Positions 12,720-24,732 of a DNA stretch of 64,000 bases are shown piece by piece. Source of the DNA: Eledone cirrhosa. Taxonomy: Eukaryota. A program made the translations under genes and the position numbers. The stretch lies in the NCBI GenBank assembly GCA_964016885.1, contig OZ024748.1, forward strand, positions 14,942,001 to 15,006,000, in the 5' to 3' direction. Below the pieces are notes generated by a model. The model did no database searches and was not told the DNA's origin. It saw nothing but the letters and a program-made list of their open reading frames with translations. Numbering within the stretch: the first letter of the stretch is position 1; the number at the start of each line of letters is the position of its first letter.

Positions 12720-13010
12720 ATTCCTGGGATAGTTATGTCAGAAGCAACCATCTACAACTGATCCACGCGGATACCCAATAGAGACCAGCTGAGCTTATGG
12801 ATGTTATCCAACCATCATGCTCAGGCTGTACACCTGTCTCTACAGCCTTGTTGGGTTTGCCTCTAAATTCTGTCAAGACATCTTTCCTGAGACATTCTAG
12901 CTACCTATTTGTAATATCAGAGATGTGATCTCTCAATTTGGAGAAGTTGCAGCTCTAACTGGAGTGACTCTCAAGGAAACCTGCACAATGCACTCAACAT
13001 GTGATCGAAG
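12720..13010 (-). pseudogene. Rex3/Expander-like (RTE clade) LINE C-terminal remnant
   Basis: The reverse translation gives LLQIERSHL*YYK*VARMSQER..WLDNIHKLSWSLLGIRVDQL*MVASD, resembling LLHIERSQLRWLGH..RM..WRDYVSRLAWERLGIPPEEL. Confidence 0.65.
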
Positions 13011-13984
13011 TTCATTATCATCGTTGTCATCATCATCAAAATATTACATGTTGTTTGTGTTTATATCCCATAACTTAGCAGATTGACAAAAAAGCGATCC
13101 ATAACATAAGTACAGGACTTTAAAATAAAATGCATTGAAGTCAATACGATTTACTAAATCAAGGCAGTACTCCAGCATGGCCAGTCCATAAAGGATAAAA
13201 GAATATAAGAAACATCAAAACTCTAAAACCACAAAAGGAAAAAAATATAATTTTGAGAAAGTGTTTTTAGCCTGTTTATATGATATCCCTGCCCCCCTCC
13301 CCCAACATCTACAGGAAATACACCGTACACAAGGGAGCCTCTGTTGCAGTGAATTCTCAACAATGAGTTGCTACATACCCTAACGTGACACCTGAAACAA
13401 TTTGATGTCCTACCCCCTTTTCTATATAAAAGTGTTGGCTCTTAAAAATGAATAATATGAAATTTAGAGAAAAGAAATGTATGCAAAAATATCAACCAAA
13501 CTACCACACTTTGTATATGAGTATTTGTGTGAGGGTGGATAGGTGGGGTTGGAGGGTAGATAGGTTGTAGGGGGTTGGGTGTGATCTTACCGCGTTCATA
13601 ATTACTGCTCTACACATTTGCTAGACTAGCTAGAAATAGCACCCGAATCCCCCTGAAATCACATCATATTGTTTTAAAAAGAAATAGGTCACACTGGAAT
13701 ATGTAATCCAAGGTACTCTATTACTGAACAAAAAGAAAAAAGAAAAGAAAAAACAGACACAAAGGTTTGGCCATGCTTTGAATGCCCTAATGTCTGTTTG
13801 ATCAAGATTGACCTAGGGTTAAACAACAACAACGTGTACATGTGTGGAGGGATAAGAAATAAAAAAAAAACATTAATGAGTGTATCTAAGTTCTCTCTAA
13901 AATGTGTCTTAACATAGTTTCAAGCGTGAAGTGACAGAGTACATGACTCCCCACTGGACAGGAGACCAGTCCATCACAGGGGCA

Positions 13985-14265
13985 AAGGCTGTCTCAAACA
14001 CGGGGGCTCATCAGGCCAGTGCTTATCCCAGTTTCCGTGGCATTAAGTGACTGAAAGTACAAGACCCTCCCCTGGACAAGACACCAGTCCATCACAGGTT
14101 TAAACCCCAAGCCATTGCTGGTACACATTTTCAGCTGAGTATACTAGAGCAACATGAAATGAAGTGTTTTGCTCAAGAATGCAACACACAACCCAGTACA
14201 GGAATCAAACCCATGACGTTATGATTGTAAGTCCAACACCCTTACCACTAGGCCACATGTCTCCT
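13985..14265 (-). mobile_element. Full-length MetaSINE-like SINE
   Basis: The reverse strand reads GGAGACATGTGGCCTAGTGGTAAGG..GGGTTTGATTCC..CTTGAGCAAAACACTT..CTGTGATGGACTGG..GTCCAGGGGAG..GGAAACTGGGATAAGCACTGGCCTGATGAGCC. An additional partial copy is at 13915-13980. Confidence 0.8.
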
Positions 14266-14289
14266 TAATAAGTGTATCACTAATTATAA

Positions 14290-15072
14290 TAATAATTGTT
14301 TCTACTTTTGGCACAAGGCCAGCAATTACCCAGTACATTACTGGTACTTTATTTTATTGACCTCGTAAGGATGAAAGGCAAAGTTAACCTTGGCGGGATT
14401 TGAACTCGGATCGTAAAGGGACGTAACTATGCTGGAAAGCATGTCTGACTCTCCACCGATACTGCCAATTCACTGCCCTAATTATAATAATAATGGTTTT
14501 AGTTTTAGGTACAAGTTCAACACATTTTTGGGGAGGGGTAAGTTGATTAAATCAACCACAGCGCATTATTGATACACTAATCTATCAACCCCGTAAGGAT
14601 GAACGACAAAGCTAATATTGGCACGATCTGAACTCAGAACGTAAGGGCCATAGCTACATGCTACAAAGCCTATTGTCCAATGCTTTACCGATTCTGCTAA
14701 TTCATCACACTTTAATTGTAACTGGTACTTTATTACTGGTACTTTATTACTGGTACTTTATTTTATCAACCCCGTAAGAATGAAAGGCAAAGTTAACCTC
14801 GACGGGATTTGAACTCAAAATGGCAAGGGCCGTAACTCTATGCGTCAAATCATGGTGTCCAACCCTCTACCGATACTGCCAATTGTAATAATTATTTCTA
14901 CTTTAGGCACAAGGCCAGCAACTACCCAGTGCCTTACTGGTACTTTATTTTATCGACCCCGTAAGGATGAAAGGCAAAGTCAACCTCGGCAGGATTTGAA
15001 CTCAGATCGTAAAGGGATGTAACTATGCTGGAAAGCATGGCGTCCGACCCTCTACCGATACTGCCAATCCAC
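14290..15072 (-). mobile_element. Tandem array of four Nin/Deu-domain SINEs
   Basis: Copies at ~14290, 14488, 14718 (with ACTGGTACTTTATT x3) and 14885. Confidence 0.9.
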
Positions 15073-15448
15073 TAATAATGGTATTGATTCATGTGACATG
15101 AACATCAGGTCACAGAACTTGAAGAAAGTGTGTTAATGGTTGAACCAACCCTAATATATGACTGGTACCTCTATTATAGATAATGCAGCAGGAAAAATGA
15201 AAAGCAGAGTCAAATTTAGCGAGATTTGTAAGCAAAATGTGAAGGAAAGGATGAAGCTCAAATTTAAATAAAACACATTTACACACAGACACAGGTATTG
15301 AAAGAAAGAATGCACATTTATACACATACACATTCAAACATCTACAAATGTACAATCAGACACACATATACATATATGTGTGTGTATGTACACATACATA
15401 CGCATATATTATACACAGAGGCACACATGCAATACACACAAATGTACA

Positions 15449-15523
<75 letters not shown>

Positions 15524-15570
15524 GATATTAAACAAATGGAAACTATATTTATAAAACCATATTTATTTCA

Positions 15571-15630
15571 TTATACATATTTCAGGGATACCATATTAAA
15601 AATATGGCATGCCTTCGTCAGATAAAATAC
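15571..15630 (-). ncRNA. Hammerhead-like motif with 13-bp stem II
   Basis: The reverse strand reads TTAT-CTGACGA-AGGCATGCCATATT-TTT-AATATGGTATCCCT-GAAA-TATG-TA-TAA. The flanks are homologous to 42605-42735. Confidence 0.7.
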
Positions 15631-15785
15631 AATATATAAGCAGTTTTATAAATAATTTTGACGTACCATAAATATAAGCGACCATTAAGATAGGAGGCTG
15701 GCTTGGTATATATATATATATATATATATGATTGCATTCGTTGGCTTAGCTGCGGCTTGAGCTTCAAATATGCTGTAATTCCATT

Positions 15786-15842
<57 letters not shown>

Positions 15843-15985
15843 CACACAGAGGCACACATAAAATACACACATAATTGTATGAGTATGTATGTGTACATAT
15901 ATATATACACACACACACATATATATATCTGTGTGTGTGTGTGTCTGATTATATATGTATACATGTGCATATATATATATACACA

Positions 15986-16020
<35 letters not shown>

Positions 16021-16195
16021 TTCGAAAACTGTGGTGATTTCCGAGGTCTGTTGTGAGGAAATAGGACTGCCGGTTTTTCCATTGTTTTTGTTCTGTACAC
16101 CCCACTATTTTGAAATTCATATCTGAAAGCCTAATCCACGAGGGCCTTTTTAATACACACATAAGCACACATAAAATACACACATAATTGTATGA

Positions 16196-16226
<31 letters not shown>

Positions 16227-16437
16227 CACACACATATATATATATATATATTTATTTATATATATCAATACAAGCTGAACATGATGATACAAGATGAGTG
16301 TTATGGAAATTATATGTTTACATATAGGATCTGGAATTATATATATATATATATACACACAGATATATACATACATGTCTGTGTGTGTATAGACATATAT
16401 ATATGTACATATATAAACATATATATGTTCACACAAG

Positions 16438-16497
<60 letters not shown>

Positions 16498-16586
16498 CAT
16501 GCACACACATATACATACAAACACGTGTTTATATACATGTTTGTGTGCATGTACAGGCATATATACACATATACATACACACCCGA

Positions 16587-16678
<92 letters not shown>

Positions 16679-16884
16679 GTATATATATATATGTATATAC
16701 ATGTATATATATATATATATGTATATATATTGAAATGCGCATAATAAAATACATGGAACTCCTTTAACCATCTTTTGTTCTTATATATTATGTATACTCC
16801 AGTCCCACAAACTGTAGAGTGCTTCTTATCCGATATATGCATTGCTTTATTGTACTACAATAAAACTCACCTCCTACATATATG

Positions 16885-16938
<54 letters not shown>

Positions 16939-16939
16939 C

Positions 16940-17007
<68 letters not shown>

Positions 17008-17445
17008 ATGTACACAAATACATACATACATACAGGCATACCTACAGACAGACATACATACATACACATATGTAATGAGTATGCTGTAGCATACATGTGT
17101 GTTTTAAGAATTATGTAAACATGTTTAGTTGTAAAAGATGTTTTGTATTAGCAGACAGCCCACTGCATATATATATACTACATGAAGGTTTGAATCAATA
17201 TATCGAAGTTTTTAACACACATGTGCATCAACAGTCACGTAAACATGCGCCTGTTGAAAATGTGTGCACAGAATCAAATTTCCATGGGAAATTAAATCTC
17301 TATTGAGCATCAGCAGGAAGGCATGCATGCACCGCGTGTGTTTTTAATGTCTGTGCATTAGAAATGCGTCTTTATACACACTGACACATATCTATCTAAC
17401 TATATATGTTTGTATGTGTGCATATACATATATATATATATATAT

Positions 17446-17719
17446 GTGTAGGCATATATATAAAAGAATGCATGTGATTTTACATCTGCACATTGCAATG
17501 TATTTTTACACATGCACACAATCGTTAGTTTATACATATACATATATATATAGTTTATACATACACATATATATATATGGTTTATACATACACATATATA
17601 TATGGTTTATACATACACATATATATATAGTTTATACATATACATATATAGTTTATACATATACATTATATATAGTTTATACATACATAAAATCACATGC
17701 ATTCTTTTATATATATGCC

Positions 17720-17769
<50 letters not shown>

Positions 17770-17844
17770 GGCATATATATAAAAGAATGCATGTGATTTT
17801 ACATCTGCACATTGTAATGTATTTTTACACATGCACACAATCGT
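17446..17844. repeat. Direct duplication plus perfect 114-bp palindrome centred on (TA)n
   Basis: 17446-17525 repeats at 17765-17844, and 17688-17801 is its own reverse complement. Confidence 0.9.
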
Positions 17845-17851
17845 ATATGTA

Positions 17852-17884
<33 letters not shown>

Positions 17885-18179
17885 GAAAATGTTGTGGTTG
17901 GGTGTTTTATATGTCTTTATGTACAGTAGAAATGTCTTTACACACACAGACAAAACAATACCCATGTATATACACACACACACACACAAAAGTGCATATT
18001 GCTTTTTTGTCTCTATATAGTATTGTGTTTTACATATACAGACAGTTATGTACATTTATGTACACAAGTACATGCGATATATATAGATTTTATATGTACA
18101 CATATACATATATATGTATATATACAAATATATATAGAAATATATACCTTAGAATAATATATATATATATATATATATA

Positions 18180-18401
18180 GTAATAATAATAAATTTCAAG
18201 ACTAAAATCCAAAGAGGGCTCGATAAGGATAAATATATATCAAATATATAAGAACCGTAGAGCAAATATTTATTAAAATAACAGATTAAAGTTTAAGCAA
18301 AGAATCGCTGCTTTCACCCTTAACGGGATCCTCTGAAACAGTTTCAGAGGATCCCGTTAAGGGTGAAAGCAGCGATTCTTTGCTTAAACTTTAATCTGTT
18401 A

Positions 18402-18409
<8 letters not shown>
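18180..18409. mobile_element. Fold-back hammerhead mini-element (CAGA-core family) with perfect 69-bp arms
   Basis: 18271-18339 and 18341-18409 form a perfect inverted repeat with a 1-nt loop. Each arm reads GTTT-CAGAGGA-TCCC-GTTAA-GGGT-GAAA-GCA..TGC-TT-AAAC. (TA)n lies on both sides. Confidence 0.85.
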
Positions 18410-18459
<50 letters not shown>

Positions 18460-19088
18460 TATATATCGATAGATATATAGATGGACAAATATATGTATAT
18501 AGGAGAGAAAGAATGTGTATAAGATATATATATATATATATATACACACATGCACACACACACATATAGATATATATATATACATATGCACATATATATA
18601 TATATATATATCTTTGTTAGTTTACAAATATCTGTATGCTTACTTATACATATGCACATGAACATATTTACTCATAAATTATAAAATTTTATTCGATAAG
18701 TCATTGAAGATGTTCTTAAAAAATACACATGCTTCAACACATACGTATGCATTCACATACACATACACATGCATACACAGACACATACACAAGCCAACAC
18801 ATGCATTAGCATCCATGCACTGACATATTCACATACATATGCATACATACATAGTACACAGACAAACATACAAGCATACGCATGTATACAGACACACACT
18901 AAAGCATACACATGCATACACAGACATACATGCATTGACACATTCACATACAGGCACACACAAGCACACACATGCATACGCACACACATATATATATAGA
19001 CACATATACACATACATTAAGCTAGTGACAATAAAATGACCATACATATTTTCCACAGTAAACATGTTAAAAGTAATAGTTAAAAGTC

Positions 19089-19136
<48 letters not shown>

Positions 19137-19546
19137 TGATAGAGAGAGATGGAAGGAGAGAACACTGTCCTTCTTTCTCACCCTCTCTCTCATATATATA
19201 TATACACATACTTATATACATATATATTCACACAGAGCCGGTGACAACAAAATGTTTATACATACGTGCAATAGAAAACATGTTTAATAGTAGATTGAAC
19301 ATTAACAGTCTCTGTCTGTCATTCTTTCACAGTTATATACACACATACATAGTTACATACACACATACACACATACATAGTTACATACACACACACATAT
19401 ACACATATATACATATATATATATATGTATATATATATATGTATATATATATACATACACACATACATGCACAGTGCCGGTGACAGTAAAATGTCCAAAC
19501 ATACTTTCCAAAGCAAACATACATATAGTGAACAGAAGCATTAACA

Positions 19547-19591
<45 letters not shown>

Positions 19592-19745
19592 GTCTCGTTC
19601 TCTCTCTCTCTCTCTCTCACTAGCACTGCAATGATCATCACAGAGCATCATCGTTCATTGATGTCTGTCAATGCCGAGATCAATAATACTAATACAACTA
19701 CTATTACTACTATTAATAATAACAATAATAACAAGGATGATGATG

Positions 19746-19793
<48 letters not shown>

Positions 19794-20646
19794 TTGATGA
19801 AATATTGAACAGATAGTTACAGTACCTCTGGTAGTAAAATCCAAGGTAGTTAGGTAGGTCTACATACATATATATATATACATATACATATATACATACA
19901 TAAACATATACATATATACATATATGTGTATATATATATATATATGTGTGTATATATGAGGATAAATATATATGTGTATATATATATATATATGTGTGTT
20001 TGTGTTTGTCTGTGTGTGTGTTTGTGTGTGTGTGTGTGAGATGTTATTGTACAGATATTTTCTGCCACCTACTATGAAATATAGTTCCAGTGTGGTGTCT
20101 GACGGCATACAATAAGACTACACTCTCTCAAGCTATAGTAGTAGAACCACAGAAATAGTTACTAGCACCATCACCATCATCAACATCCTTATAGCAGGTG
20201 AAAGAAACATCTTCCCTGAGTGCTAACTAAAAGAAAAAAAAAAAGTAAACAGAAACAAAAAAAAAAAAACAATAAAAAAATAGTGATGCCAAAAAATACA
20301 AATTTTTTTTTAAGGAGTGGGGTAGTGGTTTGGGGTAGTGTGAATGGTTTGGGGTAGTGTGTGTGGTTTGGGGAAAGTATAACAAAACGAAAATTATATA
20401 ATAAATGAAAGCATATCTATCTATCTATATATATATGTATTTGTAATACATATAGATATATATATATATATGTGTATATGTATATATATATATATATAAA
20501 CATATACATACATACACACATACATATATATATGTATATATAAACATATAAATATATATAAACATATACATACATACACACACATATACATACACACATA
20601 CATATATATATGTATATATAAACATATATATACATACACACACATA

Positions 20647-20687
<41 letters not shown>

Positions 20688-20821
20688 ATATACATACACA
20701 CACATATGTATATATATATATATAAACATATATATACATATATATACATACACATGCATATATGAATACATTCATATATATATTTATATACATACATTCA
20801 TACATATATATTTATATAAAC

Positions 20822-20869
<48 letters not shown>

Positions 20870-21121
20870 ACACACACACACAAATATATAAACATATATA
20901 TATATACATACATATAAACAGACACACATACAGATATATATAAAAGTGTGTGTGTATACAGTTGGCAAACCTGAGTTCCACATATAATTCAAAGGGCCAG
21001 CTTTGTCCCACATGTTGTCACACTAAATTAAGGGCTACACACAACTCTGGAAAGCTTACACAGTTGCATGTTCATTTTATGTATACTTAGTCCCATTTAT
21101 CAAACAACTAGAACAAACTAC

Positions 21122-21500
21122 ATGACAATCTTCCTGTTTTGCAGTGTAGGTCCCTCATCTGAGATGCCACACGCTGTGGCACCTTCTCCAGCTGCAAACT
21201 GGTCCATTCAGCTACGAGTCCAGGTTTCGCTGCCCACGAGGCTGAAGAGAACAAACTGTCAAAGAATCAGCCGCTCTCTGACACCTTTATGGTTGAGTTT
21301 GTTGCAGCAGAGATTTCTGGCATTTTTGGCCTACAGACCACATCATTGCTTACAGATATCAGAGTGGAGTAGGTTACTCGCAAGAGACTGCCCCATGAGG
21401 TGGAGAAGTTGTTACAGTGTCACTTCCTCGCCATCCTCTGAAGCAAAGTCTTCTCCATCCTGTCGACCGGGATCAGGAGGCAGGCGGACCCTAAAGTTTG
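21122..21500 (+). pseudogene. CRE-clade non-LTR retrotransposon restriction-like endonuclease remnant
   Basis: Translates as MTIF..RSLI*DATRCGTFSS..SATSPGFAAHEAEENKLSKNQPLSDTF..VAAEISGIFG, the WDxT..G.AA..AE..K..KY..AVET.G pattern. Homologous to 38290-38532. Confidence 0.75.
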
Positions 21501-21510
21501 ATTTATGGTG

Positions 21511-21790
21511 GGGAGATGTGGAGGTGCATGGCCTAGTGGTAAGGGTGTTAGACTTACACATCATAATGTCATGGTTTTCATGCCTGGACTTGTGTTGTGT
21601 TTTGTGTTCTTGAACAAAACACTTAATTTTACGTTGCTGCAACACACTCAGCTGAAAATGTGTACCAGCAATAGTAGTAGCTGACATGGATTGGTGTCCT
21701 GTTTAAGGAGGAGTCTTGTCCTCTCAGTCATTTAACGCCATAAAATCTATGATAAGCACCAGCCCACATGAGTCTCCAGGGGTCAATACA
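21511..21790 (+). mobile_element. MetaSINE-like SINE
   Basis: GGAGGTGCATGGCCTAGTGGTAAGG head, TTCTTGAACAAAACACTT, ACTCAGCTGAAAATG and CTCAGTCATTTAACGCCA..GATAAGCAC. Confidence 0.75.
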
Positions 21791-21869
21791 GACATTAGAT
21801 TTAGTTGTGGAATAGATTTACATGCATAAACAGCAGCTACAACCTAAAAACATATTGAACTGATGGAGG

Positions 21870-22150
21870 TCCACCACACTATAACTCCACCATAGCCACC
21901 ACTGTAAGACCACCACTACCACCACCAACACCATCACCACTGTGGACCCACCACCACCACCATCGCTGTAAGACCACTATCACCAACACCATGACCACCA
22001 CTACAGTGATACCACCATTACTACCACCACCTTCACCCATGCCACCACCATCAATCACAAGATACAACAACCACCACCACCATCACCATCACCACTACCA
22101 TCACTACCACCACTACCACCACCACTGCATCCAGCACCAACCCAACCATG
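21870..22150. repeat. Degenerate (CAC)n low-complexity tract
   Basis: Direct read. Confidence 0.9.
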
Positions 22151-22283
22151 ACTAAAGCACCATTTCCCCCAGCCTCCTATAAATCCCACATGTGTACATA
22201 ACTTACTATCTCTTCCTCCTGCAATAAAGTTCTTATAGTTAGTAGTCCTTCACTATCTCCCTTGAACAATGCCATGATAATGT

Positions 22284-22317
<34 letters not shown>

Positions 22318-22384
22318 GGTAGTAGCACAGCTGCTCATCTATCTCTCTCCCTCTCTCTATATATCTATATAATATATATATATG

Positions 22385-22400
22385 CACACAACCCTCCCCC

Positions 22401-22431
<31 letters not shown>

Positions 22432-22453
22432 TATACACACACAACCCTCCCCC

Positions 22454-22496
<43 letters not shown>

Positions 22497-22553
22497 ACCC
22501 TCCCCCATATATATATATCTATATATATATATATACACACACAACCCTCCCCC

Positions 22554-22590
<37 letters not shown>

Positions 22591-22600
22591 CACACACACA
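22385..22600. repeat. Compound minisatellite CACAACCCTCCCCCA + (TA)n, x4
   Basis: The fixed 15-mer occurs at ~22387, 22440, 22493 and 22540, separated by TA tracts. Confidence 0.9.
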
Positions 22601-22814
22601 AACACATATATATATATAATGTAGGTTATTCAGTGATTTTGTTGCTTACTAGAGGTGGCACCAATGTGAGCACTCAATACTATTACTATAGCCGAGTAAT
22701 TTTCAAGGAAATTTCTACTTCTCGTGGTATCAGTATGTTGTATGCTTGTAATTAACAGCATGTACATATTATGTATGAGATAACGAAGTTTCACTTTAAT
22801 ATGTTTCTATTGCA

Positions 22815-22922
22815 AATCAAGCATTACATATGTTTCACTGAAAATTGGCTCAAAGTCTTTATCCATATGATAAAGCTGACTCCGGTATAAATCTGCTCCT
22901 CAGAGATGGAAATGCTTTGATT
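22815..22922 (-). ncRNA. Hammerhead-like motif with long stem II and palindromic stem III
   Basis: The reverse strand reads AATCAAAGCAT-ttccatct-CTGAGGA-(..CTTTATC-ATATG-GATAAAG..)-GAAA-CATATG-TA-ATGCTTGATT. Downstream is GTATTGAGTGCTC (22668-22680), then (TA)n. Confidence 0.7.
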
Positions 22923-23084
22923 CGAGTCTACATGTCTGAAGAACAGATTGATAATGGAGTCAGGTTTATTTCATCAATAAAGACCTCAAGCTTATCATCT
23001 GTATATCGTAATATCTTTTCTTTTATGATGAAGGACTAACATCCGAGATGTTGAGATATTCTTTTTTCCTTTAGCCCCATGTAC

Positions 23085-23112
<28 letters not shown>

Positions 23113-23116
<4 letters not shown>

Positions 23117-23550
23117 TGTTATACTTTGGGAGGGTCATGTTGCCAATAAGAAACACGCACACCAGTTGCTTTCACTTCAATTTGTAACACATGCGCAAAC
23201 TAAGCACACAACACACACAAAAACAAGATGGCGTAGGACAGAACAAAGGAGAGGCACAAAAACAAAGAAAAGAATCCACTGTCACTGAAGAGGTCACAGA
23301 ATCTGTGACGAAAGAACTTTGACAATATATGAACAATCGTCTGATTGTGGAACCGACCAACCAACCGGAAATTTATAAATTCCTAAATTTATAAATTTAA
23401 TTTATAATAAATTGAAGTGAAAGCAACTGGTGCGTGTGTTTCTTATTGGCAACATGACCCTCCCAAAGTATAACAATATCGGTTTCAACACACGTTTTCA
23501 GATAAAGAATCTTGCTAAACAAATTCAGAAACGAAATATTTATATATATA
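23113..23550 (+). mobile_element. Penelope-like mini-element with 71-bp inverted repeat and central hammerhead
   Basis: 23113-23183 and 23409-23479 are inverted (2 mismatches). The hammerhead is TGTCA-CTGAAGA-GGTCACAG-AAT-CTGTGAC-GAAA-GAAC-TT-TGACA at 23280-23324. Confidence 0.8.
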
Positions 23551-23557
23551 TATATAT

Positions 23558-23747
23558 AACGAAGGAAATGTGGTAAGGAACCAGGTGGACCATAACGCAC
23601 CAAAGTACTCAATACTTAGGGTAGTAGAGTGGGTAATAGGAACAAGTAAGACCCCGATGGCTGAGCTCAAGCCGTTTCGACAGCTAATTCTGGACTGAAT
23701 TAGCCGTCGAAATGGCTTGAGCTCAGCCGTCGGGGTCTTACTTGTTC

Positions 23748-23750
<3 letters not shown>
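23558..23750. mobile_element. Fold-back mini-element (GAGCTC-loop family) centred on hammerhead stem II
   Basis: The 52-bp arms at 23639-23690 and 23697-23748 differ at 3 sites. The arm consensus is GAAAC-GGCT-TGAGCTC-AGCC-GTC-GGGGTC, and the tail carries AAGTACTCAATAC (23603-23615). Confidence 0.8.
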
Positions 23751-23796
<46 letters not shown>

Positions 23797-23807
23797 CACA
23801 CAGAGAT

Positions 23808-23968
23808 CATTATCATCATCATCATTTTACTTCTGTTTTTCCCTGCTTGCAAGGGTGGGACAGGTCCCATTAAGCACATCATCTCTCCATTCGTCATGAC
23901 CCTTTGTCATCTCCTCCATGAGCTTCAGGGATTTGATGTCTGCACTCACCACCACCGCCCATGTTTTA
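23808..23968 (-). pseudogene. RTE LINE extreme 3' end with (GAT)n tail
   Basis: KTWAVVVSADIKSLKLMEEMTKGHDEWRDDVLNGTCPT, followed by CCCACCCTTGCAAGCAGGGAAAA..GTAAAATGATGATG. Confidence 0.8.
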
Positions 23969-24071
23969 TATACAGATATATGTATAAATATAAATGTATG
24001 TGATTGTGTGTGTGTATGCATGTATATATATTTATATATTCATAGATACATACACATGCATACATGTATAT

Positions 24072-24250
24072 ATAGAGAGATTGTGAGTAGCTGATTTAGA
24101 TTAGAAAGGGCATTGTTCAGTTTAGTACTCAATACATAAAAGTAGTGCAGGAATTGTAATGAGGTATTGCTCAATGGCTGAGCTCTTGCTGTTACTAGCG
24201 TAAGTTGAAACAGTAAGAGCTCAACTGTTGGGTAGTAACTCATTACAATA
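24072..24250. mobile_element. Older fold-back mini-element (GAGCTC-loop type)
   Basis: ATTGTAATGAG..GCTGAGCTCTTGCTGTT pairs with AACAGTAAGAGCTCAAC..CTCATTACAAT. AGTACTCAATAC lies at 24124-24135. Confidence 0.65.
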
Positions 24251-24289
24251 TATGTGTATGTATTTATATATATATATATATATATATAA

Positions 24290-24578
24290 AAGCAAGTGCC
24301 CAGTCGACACTGTAAAATGGTTGTGTAGATGTCACAACAAAAAGCACTCAATCCACACTGTAAAGTGGTCATGTAGGTGTCACGACAAAAAGCACCCAGC
24401 ACAGACTGTAAATGTGGTTGGCATTAGAAAGGGCATCCAGCCATAGAAACCAACCCAAAATCAGTTCTGTCTGAACGAATCACAGCCACCCAAACTGATC
24501 CCTCACAAAGGGACAACCTATCCTACGCATGCTAGCATAAAAGATGGATGTTAAATGATGATTAATATGATGATGATA
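24290..24578 (+). mobile_element. RTE-tailed SINE (3' part with internal tandem units)
   Basis: Repeated AAAAGCACCCA..CACTGTAAA units, GGTTGGCATTAGAAAGGGCATCCAGCC, and a GCTAGCAT..GGATGTTAAATGATG tail. Relatives lie at ~9635, 32275, 39500, 41765, 46660 and 63925. Confidence 0.75.
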
Positions 24579-24664
24579 TATGTATATATATATATACATA
24601 TATCTCACTCATATATATATATACACATCTAAGTATAAGTCCAGCAATCACAAGTGTGGGAGGG

Positions 24665-24705
24665 ATCACCTTGATAAGAACCAGTTAAGTTCGAAATTCA
24701 TTGAC
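24665..24705 (+). ncRNA. Hammerhead-like motif with U3-A8 covariant core
   Basis: TCA-cc-TTGATAA-GAAC-CAGTTAA-GTTC-GAAA-TTCAT-TGA. Confidence 0.55.
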
Positions 24706-24732
24706 GATTGTCCACCCTGCTTTTGCTGGACA

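Noticed and set aside
14005-14020. CTGATGAG on the minus strand of the MetaSINE-like tail as a hammerhead
   Set aside because: No GAAA follows the hairpin and there is no stem I.
19631-19816. Poly-Asn ORF
   Set aside because: It is explained by an (AAT)n microsatellite, with no splice or homology support.
20315-20375. G-quadruplex-like GGGGTAGTG(T)G repeats (also 13530-13582)
   Set aside because: Expected in low-complexity DNA; nothing supports a function.
22385-22600. Fixed repeat with variable spacers
   Set aside because: The spacers are TA microsatellite, so this is a compound VNTR.
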